A stretch of 63,111 nt of DNA, filler included, from Octopus bimaculoides (Eukaryota), in NCBI RefSeq assembly GCF_001194135.2. It is 7 parts of 5 records of this genome, joined end to end, with 100 filler letters (N's around TTAATTAATTAA, not from the genome) between each part and the next. Parts side by side here need not be neighbours in the genome. Positions count along the whole stretch, not along the records: positions 49,769 to 51,746 come from NW_026359502.1; positions 51,847 to 63,111 come from NC_068987.1; 5 more parts are not named here. The stretch is one strand, 5' to 3'. The position numbers and the translations under genes are program-made. The notes beneath the pieces were generated by a model. The model made no database searches. It was not told where the DNA came from and saw nothing but the letters and a program-made list of their open reading frames with translations. Of this stretch, positions 51,057-63,111 are shown piece after piece. Each line of letters begins with the position of its first letter. Within the stretch, counting starts at the first letter, position 1.

Positions 51057-52320
51057 CTGGAGTAAGCACATAAACGTGAAACAAGGTGAAAAAAAATAGT
51101 ACTCGAATACCGGAAGTAGAGTAGTGTGCTTTATTATTAAAGCTGAAAAAACATTACAAATATATCAGAAAGAAGTGATCTACCACTAGAATTCCTCAGT
51201 GTACGTTTAGTATAAAACAAATGATAGAGGTGGAAAATGGAATATACTGGAAACTTTGTTGCTCACAACGATCGTTTCGACACATCCTGCATCGATCACT
51301 CGCGGATGAGAAGCTATATAACTAGCTTGGAGGCTGTTGGGCAGGAATAGCGAGGGACAGATTCTGTTGCAAAGTTATAGATACAGACAGGGAGTAATTA
51401 AGAAAGAAAAAAAAAGAAATACTAAGTATAAGGACAATAAAACATACAATAAAATAAAACATTTGTGTCAGTACACAGATATAGTTACATCCGTACCCGC
51501 ACTTGTGGTCCTTTGTAGATATATACACATATACACGCTCGGTCCTCTGTACACGCACACGCGTTCGTGAACACGTGAAGTAGACAACATTAAACAGTGA
51601 AGCAGACACCATTAAATTGTCCGGGCATTCATCTGACTCTAAAACCACATCAAGTATTGAATACTTGCTGTGATTTTAGAGTCAGGTTTTGACTGTTATT
51701 TCAAGCATGGTGGTATCTCTTAGATACCCTTATTTATAATTTTAATNNNNNNNNNNNNNNNNNNNNNNNNNNNNNNNNNNNNNNNNNNNNTTAATTAATT
51801 AANNNNNNNNNNNNNNNNNNNNNNNNNNNNNNNNNNNNNNNNNNNNCACCACTCAGATAAAATGAATTACACCGGCGATAATAAATAAGTTTCAAAATGG
51901 AAAAAAAAAAATTGAACGAGGATGTTTAATTTTTCAAAATCAGTTTAAACGTATTTATATGGAAATAAATAAGTACAGTTTGGATACTGTGGTCGATGTA
52001 ATCGACTAAGCTACTTAACACTAAATTTCAGGCCTTTTGTTTGTATTAGAAGTGGTTTATATAGTAATTAATAAAATATTTCGCGACTTTTTCTCTTATA
52101 GATAATTCCTTGTACCACTTATGAATATGACCTAATAACAGAGAGAGAGAGAGAGAAAGAAAGAGAAGCAGAGATATAAAGGGAAGTGAATAAGAAATAT
52201 ATAGTTTTATTATAAAGAGAAACGGGGAAAAATCCGAAATAAATGAAATGAAATAAATAAGAGGTTTGTGTTGAATGATTTTGCTGTTGGTCATGGGACA
52301 ATGTGAGGTTTTTGTAATGG

Positions 52321-52363
52321 AACCGGAAATAAACAGTCCGCCGTAGTTTTGACAACCGGAAGT
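52321..52363 (+). promoter_or_regulatory. Paired ETS/GABP-like motifs (AACCGGAAAT, ACCGGAAGT)
   Basis: Two CCGGAA cores 34 bp apart, directly upstream of an ATG in good context. Confidence 0.55.
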
Positions 52364-52380
52364 TAGCTTGTACTAGTAAC

Positions 52381-52444
52381 ATGGCTTCAGCTGTGGTGGA
52401 CACGTCTGATCTAGCCTCCCGAGGAAGGATTTTAGCTAATTCAG
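52381..52444 (+). CDS. Candidate first coding exon MASAVVDTSDLASRGRILANS (unknown protein)
   Basis: AACATGG start context, 21 codons + 1 nt, donor CAG|GTAGGA, locally GC-rich; downstream repeats are CpG-decayed as expected in a gene body. Confidence 0.55.
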
Positions 52445-54680
52445 GTAGGAATTCTGACGCTTTCACCTGTAAAAAAACGATCTTCTTTTATATCCAGTCT
52501 TACATGTATGTTTAATGGATCATCTGTGTGTTTAGTTTTGTTGTAAATGTCTTTGGTAACATGAATCGTTGTCCGTTCTTCTTTCTCTCTTTCTTAGGCC
52601 AGAAACCAGTTGCAGCGAATTAAACTTGGAATATAAATGTAATCACGCCACTTTCTTTCAACACCTGATCACTTCGATTCAACCACAGACACACACACAC
52701 ACACACACAGATACAACTACACACACACACATCAATTTCCAAATATATTCCAGCCCCGAATATCTAATTTATTGATGTCACTTCCTTTTAATACTCAAAT
52801 TACCTTTATGTTATTAATTATTATAATATTGTGAAGTATATTTGCCACTTAAATGCGGCTAAACCCTAACGGTGAATGTTACTGTTAGCCCCAGGAGAAC
52901 ATCTCCTCCAGCTGGCTATTGACACACATCTGTGTCCTGTATTATAATATTTACGCCTCTAAATTCCTGTGGGAATGGCATGAGCGCCGCTACAACCTTT
53001 GATTCTTTCTCCCCTCTGAAATCTAATTTAATTTTGAGGCTTCGTGATTAACCAAGAATTAATCGTTTAACGAATATTAAAATTAGAACTGGAAACAGTA
53101 AATTAAATCATTCAATTTCGACACCTCTTTAATAATTCTGTGACCTTTTTGTCTACGTAATAAGGCATTATTTCTCGGTTTCGTATTTTATTTAATAGCA
53201 TTGATGTTGAATTAACATTTTATTTCTGCGGGATCGATAAAAATCCATAATCGCTTCAGTTAATTCTGTTTCATATTATACACCATCCTTACAACTACTA
53301 TTTCCTTTCTTTATTTCTCTCGCCGAGCTTAATAATCTCATTGATAAGAACCGTTTGTTTCAAACACACACTAACATGTACATATGTATAAATATATATA
53401 CACTGTATTCAATATATCACCTTATTTCTTAACAGATACGGTTGTTTGGTGTCTTAGTTTGCTCAACTTTGTACTAAACTGACACCAACTCTTATAACTT
53501 CGTTGTATGACACATGTTGCGTAATGTTTATAGTTGAGTTAGCAAAGTTACTCCTCTCAGAATTCGTGTTTAGATTTTCTTTTTAATTTCTTGCAGTTAC
53601 AAATAGTAATTTTTATTTGTTGTACATCTCTGTAGTTACGTAGTCTAATTATATACATTTTATAATTAAAATTCCATGTATGTGTGAGCGACACCAACAT
53701 CGCAGTATAAAGTTTCTCTGCTAAATCTAACGTTTCATTCATATTTAACAAACATTATCGCTTGATATGAATGGACCCACACATTATATTCACATGTGAG
53801 GATATCCAAGATATACACAGGTATAAACACACGGTATTTACGTACATGCGTACTCGAAGTATTCGAATTATGGATTAGTTAACAAAAGAGTCTTTAGCTG
53901 ATCGTCTATATCCTGCTAGAATTAGCATCGAAATCTCCCTTACATTACACTGGACCGTCTTAAATTAGGATGGGACACACTGTAAATAAAAACAAATTTA
54001 ATTATAGGCGAAGTTTCGGATCTGCACCGTTGGTACATATGTCCCTGACAGCAAACATTCGAACGATACACATGTTTCCACAATGTGGTCATGGCTGGAA
54101 TGCCTTTGATTATTATAGGCCTGGTCGATCGAGGCTTGGGCTAAACAGTAATTATTATATAATAATTTATATACGCAATCGCTGGCTATAGCTTTGTATA
54201 TATGTTGTGCCTCTGTACATATGTGCGTTTGATAGTACTTATAAATAAACCACGTAAATTATGAGTGATCTGGAGACTCAACTCACTATAATGTTTGTTA
54301 GTTGAATCATAAATAGCTTTTAATGATGTTTATAGCAATTATTTACCACAGAATACGTACGATACCCCCACTAAACAAACATAATCATTATATGATATAA
54401 TAATACTGGTTACAGAACTAGAATTCCACCGAAACGCAAAAGAGAATAATTACGAATGTCCTGAATAAATATTTTATCTTTCATAATGTGGAACACAATG
54501 TGATTAATTCATAACTTAGAAAAAACAAACAACTTTACATGCGTAACATTTGTGTAGTTTGAGTAGGGATGAATGACCTGGAAGATAAGGAGCTATTATC
54601 AGGCCAAGAATAATAGGTTCAAATCCGCCACAGGTATTCAGTTATGCTTTTTTGGACAAGATGTTTGATAAGTAAATGAA

Positions 54681-54965
54681 GTCGCGTGGCCTAGTGGATA
54701 ACGTGTTGCAACTCAAGATCGCAAGGTGGCGGTTTCGATTCCATGACCAGGCGGTGCTTGGTGATCTTAAGCAAAACAGGTCATTTCACACTGCTCTGGT
54801 CCACCCCGGCGGTAAATGAATAACTTCTGCGACAGACTGGCGTCCCGTTTCGGTGGGGGGGGGAGGGGTGATCTCGGTCACTTGTACACCATGCAAACTG
54901 GTTAACTGGCTCTACGAAGTCTGGGACTTGATTCACTCATGTCCATGAGATGATGATGATGATGA
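54681..54965 (+). mobile_element. tRNA-derived SINE-E variant with (GAT)n tail
   Basis: GTGGCCTAGTGG A-box, GGTTTCGATTCC B-box, CTGCTCTGGTCCACCCCGGC segment, CTGCGACAGACTGGCGTCCCG, GATGATGAT tail. Confidence 0.75.
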
Positions 54966-55004
54966 ACTAATACCAGGTCATTTAACTCAAGGGGCCAGAG
55001 GAGC

Positions 55005-55290
55005 TGGCATCAACCACAATCGGATGGTGCTTTTTACGTGCCACTGGCATGGAAGCCAGTCAAGACGGCACTGACATGGGCCACGTTCGGATGGTGCTTT
55101 TTACGTGCTGCCGGCACAGGGCTCACAACTACAATCTCCATTTGATTTGATTTTTATATCGGGGATGTTGATGTACTTGACTCAATAGGTCTCCTCAAGC
55201 ACAGCATGTCGTCCTACGACCCAAGGTACTTTTGGGCTGGTTATGCGACACTGGTGTAAGTTACAGCTGTGGACTCACTTTATTTGCCGG
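55005..55290 (-). mobile_element. Family C internal part (subrepeats and upstream region)
   Basis: GGATGGTGCTTTTTACGTGC twice, 67 bp apart, same reading as the minus copies at 1735 and 58653. Confidence 0.65.
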
Positions 55291-55374
55291 GCCAATTGAA
55301 TGTGATGCATCCATTTCCAAGTAAGTTTCTATGTATACACATGTATATAAGACACCCATACTGGTGATATGGCA

Positions 55375-55545
55375 AGGGCACCCAGTACACTTTGTGAGGT
55401 GGTTGGCATGAGGAAGGGCATTCAGCTGCAGGAACCATGCCACAGCAGACTGAAACCTGGTACAGCTCTCCAGCTTAGCAGTCCCAATCATACTGTCCAA
55501 CCCATGCCAGCATGGAAAATGGATGTTAAATGATGAGGCTGATGA
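55375..55545 (+). mobile_element. Family C 3' end
   Basis: GAGGAAGGGCATTCAGCTG..GTCCAACCCATGCCAGCATGGAAAATGGATGTTAAATGATGA. Confidence 0.8.
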
Positions 55546-56032
55546 ATAATGCAGTATTCTTTGTTCTAACGAGTTGGGTATAAAGATTACATTTTGTTAC
55601 TAATACTACTTTTGTCGCTAATAATTAATTTTTAATAAGCCTGATGGGTCTTTGCAACATCAATGTCTGGAAAGATGCCAATGTTCAATATATCATAGCA
55701 GTGAGGTTTGACTGGCATGCAGTGAACGGGTGTCCTCCCCTGATGATTTCCAGTAGAATGAAATCATGTGATATGAGAATTCCGGGAATGAAATCATGTG
55801 ACATGGGAAACCCGTGCCAGATAGTTGTTATCTGCTAGGGGCCTATGTGAGTGGGATGAAGACAGAGAAACAGGCATGTGGGATAGGGACAAGGGATCGT
55901 GTGATGTGAGCAACTAATGATTAAGAGTTGAGGAATATAGGGGAAGGATGTGATGCAGGGAAGGGGGCATGGAAACGGTGAACATCAGTTTGGAGGAAGG
56001 CTAAGGAAGTATATGTGTGTGTGTGTATATAT

Positions 56033-56432
56033 TTTTTTATTTGTTTCACTGAATTGACTGCGGCCATGCTGGAGCACTGCCTTTAGTCGAACAAATCAAC
56101 CCCAGAACTTATTCTTTGTAAGCCCAGTGCTTATTCTATCGGTCTCTTTGCTGAGCCGCTAAGTTACGGGGATGTAAACATACCAGCATTGGTTGTCAGG
56201 CGATGTTGGGGGTGGGGACAAACACAGACACACAACACACACATATATACATACATATATACATATATATGATGGGCTTCTTTCAGTTTCCGTCTATCAA
56301 ATCCACTCACAAGGCTTTGGTCAGCCTGAGGCTATAGTAGAAGACACTTGCCCAAGGTGCCATGCAGTGGGACTGAACCCGGAACCATGTGGTTGGTAAG
56401 CAAGCTACTTACCACACAGCCACTCCTGCGCC
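56033..56432 (-). mobile_element. SINE-B full length, CpG-decayed
   Basis: Complete head GGCGCAGGAGTGGCTGTGTGG; TATGATGGG, GCCTGAGG and CCATGCAG variants. Confidence 0.9.
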
Positions 56433-56498
<66 letters not shown>

Positions 56499-56502
56499 AT
56501 TG

Positions 56503-56705
56503 TGATCATCATCATCATCAGTTACCGTTTGTGCTTCATGTGTGGATGGGTTGGACAGTTTGACAAGGATCAAATGAGTCCAAGGACTGCATTGTGTTCC
56601 AATGTCTGCTTTCGCATGGTTTCTACAGCTGGATGTCCTTCTTAACACCAACCACTTTACAGAGTGTACTGGGTGCTTTTTTTTTCATGCCACCAGCACC
56701 ATTGA
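56503..56705 (-). mobile_element. Family C variant 3' end
   Basis: (CAT)n..GGTTGGACAGTTTGAC..TTCTACAGCTGGATG. Confidence 0.75.
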
Positions 56706-56758
56706 GGACACCATGTAGCTCAAAAGTCAAAAAAGCCCTAGGAGGAGTGTGTGACATC

Positions 56759-56888
56759 CAGGGCTGTGGAGTCAAAGTCAGAAACAATTAGCGGGTAGCT
56801 GGAGTCGGAGTCAGTAAAGTAGACCACTATCACTTAATTACATAGGGGAGTCGGAGTTAAGCATTTTTGTTTTGACTCCACAGCCCTG
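56759..56888. mobile_element. 130-bp hAT-type MITE
   Basis: Perfect 18-bp TIRs CAGGGCTGTGGAGTCAAA / TTTGACTCCACAGCCCTG; 8-bp TSD GTGACATC / GTTGCATC (6/8); internal GGAGTCGGAGT motifs. Confidence 0.85.
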
Positions 56889-57076
56889 GTTGCATCTATA
56901 TGTTAGCATAGAAAACAGACGTTAAATGATGATGATGATGTATAGAAGCTATTGTGTGTAATCTAGTTTATTGCCATGTAAACAAAAATGTATGCCAAAG
57001 TAGTAACTCTAAAATATTGTAGATATATGCACAGGGAGGAAATTCCATGTTTTGTTTGTTTAAAAGAGTTTTTCAG

Positions 57077-57224
57077 ATTTCAAAATCCTTCCTACAGAAG
57101 TTAATTTTTGTGCAGTTAACAGAAAAACGTTGTTGATGTTTTGACTGCAGCTGTCACCCACAGTACCTTCGCCATTCTGTTATTGTACAGTTTTGAATTT
57201 AGACTGGAGGCTGAAAAGGAAACG
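57077..57224 (+). CDS. Possible second exon DFKILPTEVNFCAVNRKTLLMFLTAAVTHSTFAILLLYSFEFRLEAEKE
   Basis: TTTTTCAG acceptor, open in the phase required by the 52381 exon, AC|GTAAGA donor; alternative acceptor at 57115; no homology recognised. Confidence 0.25.
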
Positions 57225-57289
57225 TAAGATGAAGTTGCTGAGATAAAGATAGGATAAACAATTGATGCAGATGAAGCAGTGGTTGTGGT

Positions 57290-57415
57290 TGTGGTCGTGG
57301 GTTCAGTTCCACTGCGTGGAACCTTGCGTGAGGATCTTCTACTAGAGCTCCAGGTCAACTAAAGTTTTGTGAGTGGATTTGGTAGATAGAAACTGTAAGA
57401 AGCCTGTTATATATA
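57290..57415 (+). mobile_element. SINE-B 5' fragment
   Basis: GGTTCAGTTCCACTGCGTGG..GTGAGTGGATTTGGTAGA..AAGAAGCCTG. Confidence 0.8.
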
Positions 57416-57676
57416 TATATATATATCTGTTTGCATCAGCAAACAGGAAAAAATATTTCAAAACATGAATATATATATATATGTATATATATATANNNNN
57501 NNNNNNNNNNNNNNNNNNNNNNNNNNNNNNNNNNNNNNNNNNNNNNNNNNNNNNNNNNNNNNNNNNNNNNNNNNNNNNNNNNNNNNNNNNNNNNNNNNNN
57601 NNNNNNNNNNNNNNNNNNNNNNNNNNNNNNNNNNNNNNNNNNNNNNNNNNNNNNNNNNNNNNNNNNNNNNNNNNNN

Positions 57677-57822
57677 TAGGACAGGTATAATTACCAACAC
57701 AGGAACATGTATCATACATCAAAATGAAGCTGGTCCTCTGTCGATCACATCCCTACTTCTCAACATAGTCACCGTTTCTCTCAATAGCAATGTTCTACCT
57801 TCAAATGAGAGCATGTGTCCCA
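57677..57822 (-). mobile_element. Mariner transposase C-terminal remnant
   Basis: GTHALI*R*NIAIERNGDYVEK* (RW..IE.NGDYVEK end motif). Confidence 0.7.
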
Positions 57823-57846
57823 ACCCCAACCCTAGAATGACTAGAC

Positions 57847-58190
57847 CAGGGTTGGCCAATCTGAGGCCTGCAGACTTTTATCTTGCAGCCTGCTTGATAC
57901 TTTCTTGAAATGTGTTTATTTAAACAAACATTTTAAAAATTTTATCAAAAATTAAAGATTGTAATGAAAAGCAAAAGAGAAAGATAGTACTGTTTTTGCA
58001 ACGATAATATTTCATGTTGAATCAATGATCATTCCTTCATTATTGTAATAATAGCATGAGAAAGCAAAATGCTTGCAATTCTGTCAGCAGTGATTATTTG
58101 ACTATTATTTGCATAAAGTATACAAGCAGTCCTCAAAAGAATTTCTGTGATTAAAGTGGCCTGCAATATAATTCATGTTGGCTAGGCCTG
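57847..58190. mobile_element. hAT (Charlie-like) MITE
   Basis: Termini CAGGGTTGGCCAA / TTGGCTAGGCCTG; 8-bp flanks GACTAGAC / GTCTAGAT fit the nTCTAGAn target of Charlie-group hATs. Confidence 0.75.
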
Positions 58191-58652
58191 GTCTAGATGG
58201 TCCTCGTTATTCTGATAAATGCACAGCATTGCATAAACCAGTTTGGTTAAATACAACCATAATATTTTTCTTGGGTTATTTTATTTCATGTGGCATTTAA
58301 TGTTAGAGCTGGTAAGTTATGACTTTTAACTAGTAGTAATAAAACAAATATAAACGTACTATGAGAAGAAATAAAAAGGAAATGTTAGTGTTTATAGATT
58401 GCTATAGTCTGAAGTCAATAAATTGATTTTAACAATGACAAAAAGACAAAAACCAAATATGTTAATTAAGAAAAAATTTTTGTGGTTATGTGGTTAAGAA
58501 GCTTGCATTCCAACCATGTGGTTTCAGGTTCAGGCAAGGGAGGCTAGAGGTGACCAAGTCTATCTAGAGGAGTGGTATGCCGTGGCACACTGGTGTGCCA
58601 GGAGACGATGCTAGTTGTGTCGCAGTGTAACCTGAATATAATTGTTTTCCCT

Positions 58653-58985
58653 ATCACCATCATCATCATCGTTTAATGTCCGCTTTCCATGCTAGCATGG
58701 GTTGGACGGTTTGATTGAGGACTGGCGAGCCAGAAGGCTGCACCAGGCTCCAATCTGATCTGGCAAGGTTTCTACAGCTGGATGCGCTTCCTAACACCAA
58801 CCACTCCAAGAGTATAGTAGATGCTTTTTATGTGCCACCAGCATGGGAGCTAGTCAGGTGGCACTGGCATTGACCACATTTGAATGGAGCTTTTTATGTG
58901 CCACTTGCACAGGAGCCTGTCAGGGGGCACTGGCATTGACCATGTTTGGATGGTGCTTTTCACATGTCACCCAGCACGGGAGCCA
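58653..58985 (-). mobile_element. Family C with three ~65-bp subrepeats
   Basis: Colinear with 1735-2085. Confidence 0.9.
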
Positions 58986-59305
58986 TATACTTTGAGTTAT
59001 ATTTTTAGCTCAGGTGTACCACTTCATTTTGAAAAGAATATAAGTATACCATAAGTGAAAAAGAAAAATGGTTGTGGAGCACAGATCTAGAGGTCCACTG
59101 CCTGAAACAAATAAGAAAAGAAATAAAAATCTCACGCTGTATTGTCAAAGCTAATAAAGAATTATATTGTCTGTACAGCTGTCAGTCTAAGATCAACATC
59201 TATTTAGATTTGTCTCTTAACTGTTAAACATAGATTCCATTGACCTGTTGAGAATACCACAATCTGGGTTACTGGGTCCAAAGCAGTTACCATTTTTAGT
59301 TTGAT

Positions 59306-59681
<376 letters not shown>

Positions 59682-59689
59682 CGTATCCC

Positions 59690-60166
59690 TTTGTGAAGGT
59701 TGAACTATATAAAACATTAGAGAAAGAAACCTGGCTGTTTCTTGCATCATCATCGTTTAACGTCTGTCTTCCATGCTAGCATGAGTGGGACGGTACCACA
59801 AGAGATGGCCTGGCCGAAGCCTGCACCAGACTTCTGTGACTGTTTTGGCAGGATTTTTACAGCTGGACTTCATGCTTTTTACGTGGCACAAGCACAGGCA
59901 AGGTTTTTACAGCTGGATGCCCTTCTGAACACCAACCACTTTACAGTGTGGACTGGGTGCTTTTAAGTGGCACCTGCACTGACAGGGTCACCAAGTACTT
60001 GCAAAACAAAAAAATATATATATATATACCAATACATCTAAAACAAAACTTTCAGGGACACTTAAAATACTATTATGGGGCCCCTAATTTACTATTTTGT
60101 TGTGTGGACCCCAAAACTCTTAGATAGACCTTCAGGGGTCATATAGACCCCAGTTGAGAATCACTG
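59690..60166 (+). mobile_element. hAT-like MITE interrupted by family C (59747-59997)
   Basis: Right end CAGTTGAGAATCACTG; homologous to 41773-42090 on both sides of the insert. Confidence 0.7.
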
Positions 60167-60718
60167 TCTTAAAGGAACTCCTCTCTAAGGCAGTGGCTCT
60201 CATGTGGTCCCACCAAAAACATGCTGCCCACTAATCATCTTCCTTCTATAAATATAATAAATTTTCCTTTAATTGACTTGTGTTTTACTTTTTTGGCGCA
60301 GCTCCTTGAAAAAAAATTCAGGTTTTGGATCTGACCCAGATATTAAGAATGACTAAGGGTTTATCTTACACACCAGTGACTCTTTGTTTTGCCTTATCTA
60401 CTCAAGTAAACCAGGATGTAGATCTAACAACCTTTAACAATGACAAAGCAATCATTAAACAGAGGCTAGTCATTGATATTTGCATAAAACTGCCTGCTAT
60501 AGTATAAAAGATTGTCTGACATATAAGATAACCAAACATCCATGCACCGGAGACGGATCTGCGTAATTTTTTTGCAGCTGTTTTCCTTAATTTCCTGAAT
60601 TTTTTATTGGATTTCTTGAATCAATGTTTGAGCAACATAAAATATATCAACTAAATTTAAGAAGTCAATCATTAATAAATCATTAACCTCCAATAGATTA
60701 TCATAATTAATAATTCTT

Positions 60719-60950
60719 GCTTATTTCTTTATTGCCCACAAGGAGCTACATGCAGAGGGGACAAACAAGGACAGACAAAGGGATTAAGTCGATTACATCG
60801 ACCCCAGTGCGTAACTGGTACTTAATTCATCCACCCCGAAAGGATGAAAGGCAAAGTCAACCTCGGCGGAATTTGAACTCAGAATGTAGCAGCTGATGAA
60901 ATACCGCTAAGCATTTCGCCTGGCATGCTAACGATTCTGCCAGCTCACCA
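60719..60950 (-). mobile_element. SINE-A (tail type 1), young
   Basis: Near-identical to 10602-10835. Confidence 0.9.
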
Positions 60951-61324
60951 CAATATTATAACTAATAGTATTGGACAGGATTTATCGTTCTTTCTATTAT
61001 AGGCACAGGCCTGTCCCTTCAGCCATAACCTGCTCAAATTGGTGGAAAAAATAAGACATCAAGAGATAAAGATCAGTTGTCAAAGATGCCTAGAACAACT
61101 TGCACTTCCTTGACCCCNNNNNNNNNNTAAAGATGCCTAGAACAACTTGCACTTCCTTGACCCCCACCAACTCTCCCCTGCGATAAACCCCCCCCTCCTG
61201 TTCTTCTATACCACTCTTGGTTTGAACAGCCACCTCAGGTACCAACACCCTTTGCATCCATCAGGATGAAGAGGCTCAGAACTCTCTACAGATCTACTAC
61301 TCAGGTACAAGTTAACCTTGACAC

Positions 61325-61495
61325 TAGGCACAAGGCCTGAAATTTGTTGGAGAGGGGACAAAGTCTATTACATCAACCCCAGTACTAGACTGGTACTTAA
61401 TTTTTCGACCCCAAAAGTCAGTTCAGAATGTAAAGACTGGAAAAATGCCACTAAGCATTTTGTAGAGTTTGCTAACATTTTGTCCAGCTCGTGGC
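61325..61495 (-). mobile_element. SINE-A (tail type 2), internally deleted
   Basis: GGCACAAGGCCTGAAATTT..CTGGTACTTAATTTTTCGACCCC..CCAGCTCG. Confidence 0.8.
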
Positions 61496-61861
61496 CTCGT
61501 ATTTAGGCCTTATGATGTTGATCTGTATGTCTGTATTTGAGAGAAAGTGTGTGAGTATGTGTGTGAGACTCTTAGATCAGTTCTTATGCAAAACAATATT
61601 GTAATTTAGCATTTCCAAGGCCGTGGCCTTTTAGTTTGCCCTATATTCTTTCCTTTCCTCTTTTATTTTCAAACATTTGCAGACTCTAACCAGCAGTGAG
61701 AGAGAGAGAGAATTCCATGAGATCTTGTTTCAGTTCTTAACAAGATCCATTCCTTGTCTGCATTCTGCAGAAAATAAAACAGAATTTAATTTACAAGTTC
61801 CTGCATTGCTCATACTGTTTGCTTGTGTGTTTAGGGGTGGGCTGTGTCTGAAGAAAGATAC

Positions 61862-62071
61862 TCTTTACTTTTTTACTTGTTTCAGTCATTTGACTGTGGC
61901 CATGCTGGAGCACCACCTTTAGTCGAGCAAATAGACACCAGGACTTATTCTTTGTAAGCCTAGTACTTATTCTATCGGTCCCTGTTGCCGAACCGCTAAG
62001 TTACAGGGACATAAACACACCAGCATCGGTTGTCAAGCGATGTTGGGGGACAAACACAGACACACAAACAT

Positions 62072-62150
<79 letters not shown>

Positions 62151-62313
62151 TATACGACGGGCTTCTTTCAGTTTCTGTCTACCAAATCCACTCACAAGGC
62201 TTTGGTCGGTCCGAGGCTATAGTAGAATACACTTGCCCAAGGTGCCACGCAGTGGGACTGAACCCGGAACCATGTGGTTGGGAAGCAAGCTTCTTAGTAC
62301 ACAGCCATGCCTA
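61862..62313 (-). mobile_element. SINE-B full length
   Basis: All modules present, including internal (CA)(TA)n. Confidence 0.92.
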
Positions 62314-62319
62314 TAGAAA

Positions 62320-62440
62320 TGATGCCAGAGCAGACGCTAGGGCACAAAGCAGTCCTTGGACTCATCAGATCCTTGTCAAACAGCCAAACCCTTGCCAACC
62401 TGGAACATGGATGTTAATTGATGATGACAACGATGATGGT
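62320..62440 (+). mobile_element. Family C variant 3' end
   Basis: CAGTCCTTGGACTCATCAGATCCTTGTCAAAC..GGATGTTAATTGATGATGA. Confidence 0.7.
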
Positions 62441-63111
62441 GAGGGTGCCTGCTGCAGAGAAATTTGAAGGGTGTGTAGTAAGACCCCTGGGTATTACAAA
62501 TGTAAAGCTTTGGGTGGCAGGGTGAATGATGGAGGCAGGGTGTAATGACATTAACAGGAGCTGGGGGTGGGGACCATGGTTAGTGGTGTATGTTTAGAAG
62601 TTGGCATTTAGCCCCAGGTCAGTCGTGGTTGAGCAGACCTGTGATGATCAAAGGCATTCCAACCATGGCCATGTGTCTGTCTCTCTTTCAAGCATTGCAT
62701 ATCTAGGACTACATAAACCAATGCGTCCTTCCTTTTCAAGATGGTTGGATGTAATTTTGAGTGAAAATTGGCTGCTACTTCTGTCAGGTCAAGCAACCAT
62801 GTAGGGCATGTTTATGGGTGGTGATAGTGGTGGGGGGGAAGGGATGGTTTCTGTGAAAGGCCTGTTTGTGACAGTTTAGGATTGTTACACACGCACACAC
62901 ATTCTTATTCACACATCCTCACTCACACATTCTCACACACGTGCTCTCTCACACACACTCACATGCACATTCTCACACGCACATGCTAACAGACACACAC
63001 ACACACTCATACATGCACATTCTCAACTGCACACTATCATTCACATATATACACACACACATATACACACACATTCACAGACACCCACATTCACACACAC
63101 ACTCACACATG

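Noticed and set aside
50913-51057. Exact ~140-bp duplication of 50282-50428
   Set aside because: Identical copies on either side of a gap; likely unmerged contig overlap.
51265-51300. Minus GAAACGATCGTT with upstream CGATGCA
   Set aside because: No intact CUGANGA and a poor stem II; at most a heavily decayed hammerhead.
61109-61144. Exact duplication AAAGATGCCTAGAACAACTTGCACTTCCTTGACCCC around a 10-N gap
   Set aside because: Typical negative-gap assembly artefact.
62353-62375. Minus-strand CTGATGAGTCCAAGGAC, like a classic hammerhead first half
   Set aside because: Stem II is followed by TGC, not GAAA; it is part of family C and the 56.57 kb homolog lacks the core.

Overview
AT-rich eukaryotic draft-assembly sequence (about 23 N-gaps, six with a synthetic TTAATTAATTAA spacer), dominated by microsatellites and short retroposons. 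The repeat families and a C2H2 zinc-finger remnant look like an octopus/coleoid genome (from recall, not verifiable here). Almost all supplied ORFs are microsatellite or gap artefacts. Supported content: several tRNA-derived SINE families (my labels SINE-A, SINE-B, SINE-E), a (GAT)n-tailed retroposon (family C), fragments of R4/Dong-like, RTE and CR1-type LINEs, Tc1/mariner and hAT relics and MITEs, a degenerate C2H2-ZNF array (9.4-10.2 kb, minus), and two candidate first exons with ETS-like motifs pointing away from each other (18.9 kb minus, 52.4 kb plus) that bracket a CpG-retaining central domain. Most notable: seven minimal hammerhead-ribozyme motifs of the Penelope-like-element (PLE) type. 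Four lie in a tRNA-headed short element (A/B boxes, (AAT)n, hammerhead, AATGTAAAT tail) whose three insertions each carry an inverted copy of its 3' part, suggesting a ribozyme-bearing SINE mobilised by PLE machinery.
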